From an uncultured archaeon (lineage in GTDB: Archaea; Nanobdellota; Nanobdellia; Pacearchaeales; GW2011-AR1), in contig CABMGN010000002.1 of the NCBI GenBank assembly GCA_902385635.1, positions 82,092-146,091 on the forward strand: a DNA stretch of 64,000 nt. The letters are read 5' to 3'. Shown piece after piece: positions 1 to 8,278 of this stretch (its first letter is position 1; each line of letters opens with the position of its first letter). Under the pieces are notes generated by a model. That model saw only the letters and a program-made list of their open reading frames with translations, had not been told where the DNA came from and searched no databases. Made by a program: the position numbers and the translations under genes.

Positions 1-241
1 CCACCATCATTTTTGCCGCAGGATGCTCTATTTGCATTTCATTAAGAATTGTGACTCCGTCATTTGTGACAATAATATCTCCAGTAGGAGAAACTAACAT
101 TTTATCCATTCCTTTTGGGCCAAGAGTTGTTTTGACTATTTCTGAAACCATTCTGGCTGCAAGAATATTATTCCTTTGGGCATCTCTCCCAAGAAGTCGT
201 TGTACATCTTCAGGCATTAGTGTTGGTTGTTTCTCAGGCAT
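1..241 (-). CDS. ths: Thermosome / group II chaperonin subunit, N-terminal part (gene runs off the 5' edge)
   Basis: My reverse-strand translation from ATG at 241-239 gives [80 protein letters not shown], which carries the classic TCP-1/thermosome signatures LGPKGMDKM and TNDGVTIL. It is absent from the ORF track because it is truncated. Confidence 0.85.
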   Translation of the reverse strand, partial: MPEKQPTLMPEDVQRLLGRDAQRNNILAARMVSEIVKTTLGPKGMDKMLVSPTGDIIVTNDGVTILNEMQIEHPAAKMMV

Positions 242-359
242 AATCTAAGTTTCTTTCCTGTTTATTTAAAGATTATTATGATTTTGAGAAGTGTTCTTTT
301 TCATGATTAACTCTAGAGTGCACAACAATCTTTATAATTTACTTTTTCGGAGTATAAAG

Positions 360-932
360 ATGGCAAAGGGAAGGTTAGTTGCAGAAATTATGACCCGGCA
401 GCCAATTACTGCTAAGCCAGAGATCACTTTACTTGACTGTGCAAAAATTATGGTTAAAAAGAGGGTTGGAAGTGTTCTTCTTGTTGAAAATAGGAAACTT
501 GTGGGTTTTGTGAGTCACAGAGATATTCTTTGGGCAATGATAAAGAAATCCCAAAAAGATCTTTCTAAAATTAAGGCAAAAGATATCTCCCCAAAGAAGT
601 TAATAACAATTAGCCCTGGAGCAACTATTTCTGAGGCAATGGATAAGATGAAAAAGTCGAAATATACTAGACTTCCTGTTGTTCAAAATGGGAATCTTGT
701 GGGAATGCTAACAAACAAAGACATTCTTAATTTTAATCCCGAGCTTTACCCTGAATTTGAGGAGTTAGAACAGATAAGAGAGGAAGAGAAAAAGCTAGCA
801 AGGATGAAGAAGGTAAATGAAGAGGGGTTTGAAAGCGAGGGGGTTTGTGAAGAGTGTGGAGATTTTGGAACTCTTTACATTATTAAAGGAGTCAATGTTT
901 GTGAAAATTGCAGAAATCTGATAAAGGAATAA
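360..932 (+). CDS. CBS-domain pair protein with C-terminal CxxC...CxxC zinc ribbon
   Basis: Two CBS-like repeats (IMTRQPITAKPEITLLDCAKIMVKKRVGSVLLVE; ISPGATISEAMDKMKKSKYTRLPVVQNGNLVGMLT). C-terminal CEECGD...CENC. Start moved to the MAKGRL ATG at 360, because the track's N-terminal extension looks non-coding. Confidence 0.75.
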   Translation: MAKGRLVAEIMTRQPITAKPEITLLDCAKIMVKKRVGSVLLVENRKLVGFVSHRDILWAMIKKSQKDLSKIKAKDISPKKLITISPGATISEAMDKMKKSKYTRLPVVQNGNLVGMLTNKDILNFNPELYPEFEELEQIREEEKKLARMKKVNEEGFESEGVCEECGDFGTLYIIKGVNVCENCRNLIKE

Positions 933-989
933 TTCTAGTTAAATATTTAAACATAAAAAGCAGATTAGTTCTATAAATAAGGGTGAAAA

Positions 990-1496
990 ATGTCTGAAAA
1001 AGATACAATATATAATAGTAAGATAAAATCTACTGGTTTGTTCAACTTTGCAGATTTCTACAGTTTCTGTTATAGCTGGCTTGTTGATAGCGAGGGGTAT
1101 ATTATTACTGAAGATAAGTATACTGAAAAGATTGCTGGAGATCAAAAGACTGTTGAGGTTGAGTGGACTGGAAATAAAAAAATTACAGATTATTTCAAGA
1201 ATCAGTTAAAGATTAAGTTTAGAATAACTAATATGACTCAGGTAGAGATTACAGATTCTGCTGGGAGAAAGAAGAAGATGAATAATGGTACAGCAGAAGT
1301 TGCACTTAAGGGCATATTACTAAGAGACTTTGATAGTAAATTTGAAACAACAGCCACAAAGAAGTTCCTTAGGGGCATTTATGAGAAGTGGGTTATTGCA
1401 TCAAGAGTAGATGAAATGCAGACAAATCTCGCAAAGTTTTGTGACAGTTTTCTAGCAGAAATTAAAGCTTATCTGGATTTAGAAGGTAAGAAGTAA
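990..1496 (+). CDS. Hypothetical protein (168 aa), family not recognised
   Basis: Clean ORF in the local Lys-rich composition, with an AT-rich upstream region. No motif identified. Confidence 0.5.
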   Translation: MSEKDTIYNSKIKSTGLFNFADFYSFCYSWLVDSEGYIITEDKYTEKIAGDQKTVEVEWTGNKKITDYFKNQLKIKFRITNMTQVEITDSAGRKKKMNNGTAEVALKGILLRDFDSKFETTATKKFLRGIYEKWVIASRVDEMQTNLAKFCDSFLAEIKAYLDLEGKK

Positions 1497-1577
1497 TTCT
1501 CGTCGGCAAATCTAATATATCCGTCGAAAACTAGTATTTTCCTTAAAAGAAATATTTAAATACGATTTATTTCTGTA

Positions 1578-2969
1578 ATGTGTATGAAAAAGTTTGTCTT
1601 GAGTTTATTATTAATGGCAGTCATTCTACCAAGTATTCTAGCTGCGAATTTAAATGTTATAGATGATAATGAAGACAAGGTCATGGTCGACGGGCTTACA
1701 TACCCCGTAACATTTAATATTCAGGTTCATAACAACGGAATCAGTGATGAATTCAGATTCTATAATTTAGTAGGGTTCACAATGGAACCTGCAGGATATG
1801 TTCAGATTGAAAATGGACAGACAAGAAATGTTACCATCAATGTTTATCCAATTGAAGGACTAGATTACTTAGGATATTACTCTTTACCTTACGGAATTGA
1901 AGGAAGGATGGATGCTAATACTGACTACCTTGGGGAGTTAAGATTCAAGATTGTTAGTATTAAAGATGCTCTAGAAGTTGGAGCTGAAACAATTGATCCA
2001 GAATCTCAAACAATGACTATTTATCTAAAAAATAAAGAAAACTTTAATTTTAACAATATGAGTGTACAGTTTAGTTCTCCTTTTTTCCAGAGGCAAGAAA
2101 CAATAACTTTAACACCAAGAGAAAAGAAAACTTATACTATTCAGTTAAATAAAGAGGACTTCAAGAGTTTGATGGCTGGGTACTATACCCTAAACGCAAG
2201 AGTCAGTGTAGACAATAAGAAAGAGACTGTTGAAGGAATAATTAGTTTTGCTGAGAAGGATATTGTTACTTCTTTACAAAAAGATGAAGGGACTATAATT
2301 AATACTAAAGTTATAAGAAAGACAAACGAAGGAAATATCGTTGCTAATACTCAAACTGTTATGAAGTTAAATATTATTTCTAGACTTTTCACTACAATCA
2401 GCCCACAACCAGATTTGGTTGAAAGACAGGGTGTTGATGTTTTCTACACTTGGAACAGACAGTTAAAACCTGGAGAGTACTTAGATATAGAAGTTAAGAC
2501 AAATTGGTTATTCCCAGTTATTGCAATCTTATTCATTCTAGCAATAGTTATTCTTGCACTTGTTTACACTAAGACTTATGTTCAGTTAAATAAGAAAGTT
2601 TCATTTGTTAGAGCCAAAGGTGGCGAGTTTGCACTTAAGGTTACTGTTACTGTAAGAGCTAAAGAGTATGTTGAGAAGGTTAGTGTTATTGATAGACTTC
2701 CTCCTTTAACAAAAATCTACGAAAAGTTCGGGGGAGAACAACCAGTAAGAGTTAATGATAAAAGCGGAAGAATTGAGTGGGTCTTTGATAAGATGAATCC
2801 TGGAGAGACAAGAGTATTACACTACATAATTTATTCTAAAGTAGGTGTCCTAGGGAAGTTTGCTCTTCCTTCAGCTACAGCAATCTATGAGAGAGACGGA
2901 GAGATTAAAGAAACTACTTCAAACAAAGCTTTCTTCATAGCAGAACAAACAAGCCAGAAATCAGAATAA
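1578..2969 (+). CDS. Signal-peptide surface/membrane protein with one internal TM segment
   Basis: N-terminal signal MKKFVLSLLLMAVILPSILA. Beta-rich ectodomain, TM segment WLFPVIAILFILAIVILALVY, then a second beta-rich domain. The start may be the ATG at 1584. Confidence 0.55.
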   Translation: MCMKKFVLSLLLMAVILPSILAANLNVIDDNEDKVMVDGLTYPVTFNIQVHNNGISDEFRFYNLVGFTMEPAGYVQIENGQTRNVTINVYPIEGLDYLGYYSLPYGIEGRMDANTDYLGELRFKIVSIKDALEVGAETIDPESQTMTIYLKNKENFNFNNMSVQFSSPFFQRQETITLTPREKKTYTIQLNKEDFKSLMAGYYTLNARVSVDNKKETVEGIISFAEKDIVTSLQKDEGTIINTKVIRKTNEGNIVANTQTVMKLNIISRLFTTISPQPDLVERQGVDVFYTWNRQLKPGEYLDIEVKTNWLFPVIAILFILAIVILALVYTKTYVQLNKKVSFVRAKGGEFALKVTVTVRAKEYVEKVSVIDRLPPLTKIYEKFGGEQPVRVNDKSGRIEWVFDKMNPGETRVLHYIIYSKVGVLGKFALPSATAIYERDGEIKETTSNKAFFIAEQTSQKSE

Positions 2970-3008
2970 GCTTAGTTACGAAGATTTTAAAAACAAAATA
3001 ATTCTAGG

Positions 3009-3016
3009 TTATTTAT
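3009..3016 (+). promoter_or_regulatory. Putative archaeal TATA box for the tRNA-Tyr gene
   Basis: TTATTTAT is centred about 25 nt upstream of tRNA position 1 (3038), the canonical archaeal TATA-to-TSS spacing. Confidence 0.35.
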
Positions 3017-3037
3017 CTTCGGTAATACTGAAGAATT

Positions 3038-3195
3038 CCCTCCATAGCTCAGTGGTTAGAGCGCCTGGCTGTAGGTTATACCTAAGGTGGATTTTCCATA
3101 CGGAAATAAGATGAAGCCTTGATAAGAACAGATTCATTAGGATTTGTTGTTCAGCAGAACCCGGGAGATCCCCAGTTCGACTCTGGGTGGAGGGA
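3038..3195 (+). tRNA. tRNA-Tyr (anticodon GUA) with an 85-nt intron at canonical position 37/38
   Basis: Acceptor CCCTCCA (3038-3044) pairs with TGGAGGG (3188-3194). D arm GCTC-AGTGGTTA-GAGC. Anticodon stem CCTGG (3064-3068) / CCGGG (3161-3165). Anticodon GTA at 3071-3073. T arm CCCAG-TTCGACT-CTGGG. Discriminator A3195. C1-G72 pair as in archaeal/eukaryal tRNA-Tyr. Intron 3075-3159. No encoded CCA. Confidence 0.85.
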
Positions 3196-3207
3196 TTAAA
3201 AGAGAAA

Positions 3208-3624
3208 ATGAAACCAAAAGAAGATTGTATATTTTGTAAGATTGTTAAAGGAGAGATGCCTTGTTATAAAATATACGAAGACAAAGACGTTCTTTCTTTT
3301 TTAGATATAAATCCGTATTGTATAGGGCATGTTTTAGTTATTCCAAAGAAGCATTCAAGGTGGCTGTGGGATTTAAATGAAGCAGAGTATACAAGATTAG
3401 TTGAAAGGACACATTTTTTAGCAAATAAGCTTAGAGATGCCTTTAAAACAGAGTGGGTTGAAGAAGTTGTTGCAGGTATTGGTACTGAACATACACATAT
3501 TCATCTTCAGCCACGAAAGTTTGATGATGGTCTTGGAGAATTACCAACAAAACCAATTATACCGAAACCAACTTCAGAAGAGATGAAAAAAATTCAAGAG
3601 AAAATTGTAAAAGTTATAAAATAA
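3208..3624 (+). CDS. HIT-family nucleotide hydrolase/transferase
   Basis: CIFCKI, HVLVIPKKH and the histidine triad HTHIHLQP. Start moved to the ATG at 3208 because the track start (3187) lies inside the tRNA acceptor stem. Confidence 0.8.
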   Translation: MKPKEDCIFCKIVKGEMPCYKIYEDKDVLSFLDINPYCIGHVLVIPKKHSRWLWDLNEAEYTRLVERTHFLANKLRDAFKTEWVEEVVAGIGTEHTHIHLQPRKFDDGLGELPTKPIIPKPTSEEMKKIQEKIVKVIK

Positions 3625-4497
3625 CTAAACTTTTCTAGCGCTCATAAATTTCCTAATAAACCTTTCTAATCCTGGCCTTGCAAGTAGTTTCTCGCTCCAC
3701 CCATTAGGGCTTCTAGAAAAAGCGTTATTCAAGATATGAAAGGATACTGTTTCTGCAAGTTCTTCACTTATAGCATCATATCTAAGCTTTTCTTCGGTAG
3801 GATACCTTCCAGAAGCATCTCTATAAAACTTAGAATATTCAGTTATGGGTTCTGATCCTTCAGTTAATCGGGCAAACTCTTCAAGAGCCTCTCTACCGGA
3901 GATGATTCTTCCCCCCCTAGCCCCTTCCTGTTCACTTGGAAGTTTTATTTTATAATCTGGTTGAAAGATCATTTGATCTGATACTGTATGAACTGCTTCG
4001 TGCAAAATTGCCTGCGCCTGAATAACCTTTGCAACTCTAGGCTCTACTATTGAAGGCGTAAGAGCAGTAATGTAAAGATCTTGGACTGGAGGATTATTCT
4101 TTCTATATTCATCTGATTGTGTTTCCCAGTAAGATCTATCTGTATAGGCAATAGCAAAAGCTGTTGGAGCAAGGGCTTTTTGCAGATCAGGGGTAGTCTT
4201 CAATTTTTCTCTAGTGGACTCTCTTTTAAACCAGAGGGGGGTAACCCATCTTATTTTCCCAAGAGTTGATCTTTCTACCATCATGTGAGGTAAATGCGAT
4301 AAAACATCGTAGACCTCTCGAGCAGCAAGTCTAACTAAGTTAGAATCTGCTTTTTCTAAACCAGAATAATCCACAAGAGGCAAAAGCTTTCTTTCAAAAG
4401 CTTGTTTTGGAAGTTCAACATCGTGAAGAGTGCACCAGCTAATAAAGGGTTTGTAGTCTAATCCTCGAAGTTCTTGGGGTATTTCGTATTCTGCCAT
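3625..4497 (-). CDS. Hypothetical protein with HExxH motif (possible zinc peptidase), Arg-rich orphan
   Basis: 290-aa ORF with ILHEAVHTV (HExxH). Composition is richer in Arg than its neighbours. Family not recognised. Confidence 0.5.
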   Translation of the reverse strand: MAEYEIPQELRGLDYKPFISWCTLHDVELPKQAFERKLLPLVDYSGLEKADSNLVRLAAREVYDVLSHLPHMMVERSTLGKIRWVTPLWFKRESTREKLKTTPDLQKALAPTAFAIAYTDRSYWETQSDEYRKNNPPVQDLYITALTPSIVEPRVAKVIQAQAILHEAVHTVSDQMIFQPDYKIKLPSEQEGARGGRIISGREALEEFARLTEGSEPITEYSKFYRDASGRYPTEEKLRYDAISEELAETVSFHILNNAFSRSPNGWSEKLLARPGLERFIRKFMSARKV

Positions 4498-4584
4498 TTT
4501 CTACTTAAAAAATTAAACTTGAATGAAGTAGACGTTTTTAAGAGTTGTGGTTAGTTTTATATAACTTCTAAACAATATTAGTTA

Positions 4585-5505
4585 ATGAATGGGAAGGTAT
4601 TTTTGGGGATTTTAGCATTTATCTTTTTTGTAACTCTCTTACTTTTATACGAGTTCTTCCCTTTGACAAGTAATAATTATGAAATGTCTACGCCCCAAGA
4701 AAGAAATTTCAATATTGGGGTTTATGCTCCAGGAAATATGCAGTTCTATAGTAATATGCGTTTTCCGGATAGAAAAATCTCCTACAAAATTAGTTCTTTT
4801 TGCAGTCTTTCAAAAAAAGCTGAGATGGAATCTGCATTTGGAATTGTAGAAAATTTAACTGTGCTTAGCTTTTATCCGGGAGGAAGTGATGCTGAAATTT
4901 TTGTCTCGTGTCAGGAGAGAGATAATATAGACTCTAGTGGTTTATTCATCGCTGGAGAGGGGGGACCAACAAAAATTATTCAAACAGATAATTTTAATAT
5001 AATTCAAGGAGGAGAGATTCTTCTTGTAAGAACTTCTGAGTGCCAAACACCTAATATTCCAATTCATGAATTATTTCACGTTCTGGGATTTGTTCATTCT
5101 ATAAATGAAGGAAATATAATGTATAATGTTAGCCGGTGTAATCAAGTTATTGGGGAAGATATTCCTAGAAGAATTAATGAACTATACAGCGTCGATAGTT
5201 TACCTGATTTGAGTTTTGAGAATGCAACAGCATTTGTGCATAACCGGTATGTTGATATAAATATGAGTATAAGAAATAATGGATTAAAAGATTCTGAACA
5301 AGCCAAGATAAAAATTTATACTGATGATGTTCTTCTAAAAGAAATAGAATTAAATCCCCTTAAGGTAGGATACGGAAGAACAATTTCTCTAGGGAATATT
5401 TATTCGCAAGAGAGGACTATTGATGTGTTAAAAATTGTAATAGAAAGTAGCTTCGAAGAGATAGACAAAAAAAATAACGAAGTTATACTAGAGATGAAAA
5501 AATAA
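4585..5505 (+). CDS. Membrane-anchored metzincin-type zinc metalloprotease with C-terminal CARDB-like beta domain
   Basis: N-terminal anchor VFLGILAFIFFVTLLLLY. Extended zinc-binding motif HELFHVLGFVH (HExxHxxGxxH). C-terminal region NNGLKDSEQAKIKIYTDDVLLKEIELNPLKVGYGRTISL resembles a CARDB adhesion fold. Confidence 0.65.
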   Translation: MNGKVFLGILAFIFFVTLLLLYEFFPLTSNNYEMSTPQERNFNIGVYAPGNMQFYSNMRFPDRKISYKISSFCSLSKKAEMESAFGIVENLTVLSFYPGGSDAEIFVSCQERDNIDSSGLFIAGEGGPTKIIQTDNFNIIQGGEILLVRTSECQTPNIPIHELFHVLGFVHSINEGNIMYNVSRCNQVIGEDIPRRINELYSVDSLPDLSFENATAFVHNRYVDINMSIRNNGLKDSEQAKIKIYTDDVLLKEIELNPLKVGYGRTISLGNIYSQERTIDVLKIVIESSFEEIDKKNNEVILEMKK

Positions 5506-5529
5506 AAAAAATAAAGAAAAAGTAAAAAA

Positions 5530-5634
5530 TTATTCAAAAGCTTCCAGGTCAAGGTCGTCTACTTCTGCATCAAATTCATCCTCGACAAATTCTGGATCTC
5601 TTCTGATTTCAGTCTTTTTGTTGTTTGACCTCAT
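5530..5634 (-). CDS. Possible 34-aa acidic small protein (unverified)
   Basis: My translation gives MRSNNKKTEIRRDPEFVEDEFDAEVDDLDLEAFE. It fills an otherwise empty gap between the protease gene and the SRP RNA. No homology recognised, so it could be non-coding. Confidence 0.2.
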   Translation of the reverse strand: MRSNNKKTEIRRDPEFVEDEFDAEVDDLDLEAFE

Positions 5635-5774
5635 TTTTTAGGTAATTTGGAGATCTTTGATTCCACTTTGCCTCAATCTAAATTGGAAATCCTTAATTTC
5701 CCCTCTTTTAAATTAAGCTAATATAAAATAAAGTCTTTTTAAATACTTCGATAGAAAAGTTGGATGTGGAAAGA

Positions 5775-5782
5775 TTTAAAAG
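5775..5782 (+). promoter_or_regulatory. Putative TATA box for the SRP RNA gene
   Basis: TTTAAAAG is centred about 26 nt upstream of G5805, the first base of the predicted terminal helix. Confidence 0.35.
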
Positions 5783-5804
5783 ACGCGCGTTCTCAAGAAG
5801 GATT

Positions 5805-6062
5805 GTAGACTAGGTCAGCGGGTTAGCCCTCCGCCGCTTGCAAACGGGCTTTAGGCAGACTACGGGTGAGGCGTGAGAGAACTGTCAATCAGTCTTTATT
5901 TGGACGTTGAGGTTTTGTCCGTTTTGATCTTGTAGTTGCGAAATGGGTCAGGCCTTGATCGGAGCAGCCCTAAACAGCTATTAAGGTGCTTAGCGGGTCG
6001 CGAAACTGAGAAAAAATAAGGGTTAGCTGCTTGGTTGTTTTCAGGCAAATCACCTGGTCTAC
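5805..6062 (+). ncRNA. Signal recognition particle RNA (archaeal 7S / SRP RNA)
   Basis: Helix-8 core GGGTCAGGCC..CGGAGCAGCCC (5945-5970) matches the universal SRP motif (E. coli 4.5S GGUCAGGUCCGGAAGGAAGCAGCC). An 11-bp closing helix pairs GTAGACTAGGT (5805-5815) with ACCTGGTCTAC (6052-6062), with one G-U. The stretch is visibly GC-richer than its AT-rich flanks. Only antisense or extension ORFs overlap it. Confidence 0.7.
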
Positions 6063-6105
6063 ACTGATAAGAAATCTTAATAAACACATTTTAACTTACT
6101 GGTTT

Positions 6106-6651
6106 ATGAAGAGGTGGAATAAGTCTGGTCAGTTTTACTTGCTTGCAGCAATATTAATTATTGCAGTTATCATTGGGTTTGTTGCTGTAAATAATTACTC
6201 TAAAAATAAAAGCCCTATCAAGATTTATGATGTCGGAAAAGAGTTAGATGTTGAGGGAGCTAAAGTTGTTGATTGGGGAACAGTACAGCAACAAGATTTA
6301 AGTGCTGTTATTAGCAATTTTTATGGAAATTTCTCTCTATACGCCGGAGAGGGGAATAGACAGATTACGTTTATCCTAGGAAATGAAACTGAGATTTGTG
6401 TTTATGCGTCTCAGGTAGTGTCTACGGGAGATATAAACATTGGGGGTTCTGGAATTCCAACTAATGAAAATAGGATAAATAAAACATGTGGACAAAATGT
6501 CTGTGAGAGAACTCCTCTAGACGGAGGAAGAGAAAAGATTACTTGTACGCTAAATAGTGTCCCATATGTATTTGAATTAACACCTGGAGAAAACTTCTAT
6601 TTCATAATTTCACAAGAGATAAGCGGAGAGCAACATGTCATCACAGGATAA
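6106..6651 (+). CDS. Pilin-like protein with class III (type IV pilin) signal peptide
   Basis: MKRWNKSG|QFYLLAAILIIAVIIGFVAV: a short basic leader, Gly, then about 20 hydrophobic residues. Start moved to 6106 because the track start overlaps the SRP RNA. Confidence 0.55.
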   Translation: MKRWNKSGQFYLLAAILIIAVIIGFVAVNNYSKNKSPIKIYDVGKELDVEGAKVVDWGTVQQQDLSAVISNFYGNFSLYAGEGNRQITFILGNETEICVYASQVVSTGDINIGGSGIPTNENRINKTCGQNVCERTPLDGGREKITCTLNSVPYVFELTPGENFYFIISQEISGEQHVITG

Positions 6652-7225
6652 AAAAGTCTTTTCTTGGGGAAGAGCAGTGAAGGGGAAAAAAGGAGTTAGC
6701 GAAGTTGTTGGGTATATTTTATTAATCTCGATCGCTGTTGCAATGTCTGTTATTGTTTACGCCTGGCTGAAAAGCTACGTACCAAAAGAACCCCTAGAAT
6801 GCCCTGGAGATATTTCTTTAATGATTAAAGACATTAATTGTACTGCAGATGGAATTATAGATATGACTCTTAGAAACAATGGAAAGTTTAGTATCTATGC
6901 ATATACAATAAAATATGCGAAAGATCCTTCAAAAACAATTGCTACAGATAGTCTTGCAAAAGCTTTTCGTGATTTAAATGGGCATAGAGACGGGGAAGTT
7001 ATTTACTTCATGGGCGGTTCTCCTACAGGTGATTGTACTAATGTATTTGAACCTGGGAATGAAGTAGAACACCAATTTGACATGAATATTTTATCCGGGG
7101 TACAAACAGCATTCATAGATATTACACCGATAAGATGCCAACAACAAGAGGGGAAAATAAAATCCGTTCAAGTAAGATGTAATGATGCAAGGATAAGACA
7201 GCCGATTGTTTGTCCTATAGCATAA
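6635..7225 (+). CDS. Archaeal type IV pilin-like protein
   Basis: KKG|VSEVVGYILLISIAVAMSVIVYAWL resembles the archaeal pilin/flagellin N-terminal domain. It overlaps the upstream gene by 17 nt. Confidence 0.65.
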   Translation: MSSQDKKVFSWGRAVKGKKGVSEVVGYILLISIAVAMSVIVYAWLKSYVPKEPLECPGDISLMIKDINCTADGIIDMTLRNNGKFSIYAYTIKYAKDPSKTIATDSLAKAFRDLNGHRDGEVIYFMGGSPTGDCTNVFEPGNEVEHQFDMNILSGVQTAFIDITPIRCQQQEGKIKSVQVRCNDARIRQPIVCPIA

Positions 7226-7253
7226 TATAAAAATAAAGAAAATATAAAGTAAT

Positions 7254-7724
7254 ATGGAAAAAAGAGGAGTTTCACCTGTTATTGCAACTGTCTTGCTAAT
7301 TGCTATTGTAGTTGTCCTGGCTCTTGTTTTATTTCTATGGTTTAGAAGTTTCACTCAAGAAGCTACACTAAAAAACGGAAAAAATATTGAACTTGTTTGT
7401 GAAGAAGTAAGGTTTAGTGCAGAGTATGAATCAGTCTCTAGTACCCTTTCTGTTTCTAATGAAGGAAATATTCCTATAAGTGAGCTTAGATTACTTGTAG
7501 AAACTCCTGGAGAGAGAAGTAGTATTGATATTCTTGGAAGTGACCTTTCTGCAAGGGGATTTCTCGAAGCTGGACAGTCTGGAAGTGTAGACTTATCTGG
7601 GAAGATCTCCGGATCTGCAACAAAAATAAGTGTGATTCCGGTTCTAAAAGGTGTTTCTAGTAAAGGAGAATCCACTTATGTATGCGGAGATAGATATGCT
7701 CAGGAAATAAACATTATAGCCTAA
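7254..7724 (+). CDS. Archaeal type IV pilin (class III signal peptide)
   Basis: MEKRG|VSPVIATVLLIAIVVVLALVLF is the canonical archaeal pilin N-terminus (RGVSPVIATVLLIAI). Confidence 0.75.
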   Translation: MEKRGVSPVIATVLLIAIVVVLALVLFLWFRSFTQEATLKNGKNIELVCEEVRFSAEYESVSSTLSVSNEGNIPISELRLLVETPGERSSIDILGSDLSARGFLEAGQSGSVDLSGKISGSATKISVIPVLKGVSSKGESTYVCGDRYAQEINIIA

Positions 7725-7726
7725 AA

Positions 7727-8227
7727 ATGAAAAATAAACTAGGAGTATCACCAGTTATTGCAACAATTCTTCTGGTCGGGCTTGCTGTTGTTTTAATTGG
7801 TGTTGTTTGGACTATTGTAAATAATCTCGTTCAGGATCAAACACAACAAGCATCAGCTTGTTTTGGGGTCTTGGATAAAGTTATTCTAAATGAAAAGTAT
7901 ACTTGTTATTACAAAGCAGAATCAATCTTGCAAGTATCCATAGATATCAGAAATGTTGATGTAGAGTCTCTCCTCGTTTCGATTGAAGGGCAGGATAGCA
8001 CAAAAACCTTTGAGTTGAGTAATACTTCTTTAGTACGAGAGGGAGTATATAATGCCGAAGGTACTCAAGATAATGTAGTAATGCCAAAAAAGAATGGTGG
8101 AAAAAATTATCTGTTAGACGCAACTTTCGGGATTGAAATTCCTCCTAGAACAATAAAAATTTCTCCAAAGATAAAAGGATATCAGTGTGAGGTTTCGAGT
8201 ACTATGACGCAGATTGGAGAGTGTTAA
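7727..8227 (+). CDS. Archaeal type IV pilin (class III signal peptide), paralogue of 7254-7724
   Basis: MKNKLG|VSPVIATILLVGLAVVLIGVVW has the same VSPVIAT core as the preceding gene. Confidence 0.75.
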   Translation: MKNKLGVSPVIATILLVGLAVVLIGVVWTIVNNLVQDQTQQASACFGVLDKVILNEKYTCYYKAESILQVSIDIRNVDVESLLVSIEGQDSTKTFELSNTSLVREGVYNAEGTQDNVVMPKKNGGKNYLLDATFGIEIPPRTIKISPKIKGYQCEVSSTMTQIGEC

Positions 8228-8278
8228 GTAAGTTATTTAAACTATTTCTTCGTCTGTAAAATATAAAGTGGTGATAAA

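Noticed and set aside
51-248. Track ORF (+, 65 aa) at the 5' edge
   Set aside because: It is antisense to a clear thermosome N-terminus ([17 protein letters not shown]) encoded on the minus strand, and its own sequence has no features.
3075-3159. Possible C/D-box sRNA inside the tRNA-Tyr intron (as in some archaeal tRNA-Trp introns)
   Set aside because: Only degenerate boxes are present (AGATGA, TGATAA, CAGA). They lie only a few nt apart, with no CTGA D box and no room for guide regions, so the spacing is incompatible with a C/D RNA.
5896-6105. Track ORF 5896-6087 (-) and the N-terminal 25 codons of ORF 6031-6651 (+)
   Set aside because: Both overlap the GC-rich structured region that I assign to SRP RNA. 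The pilin-like gene has a good internal start (MKRWNKSG...) at 6106.
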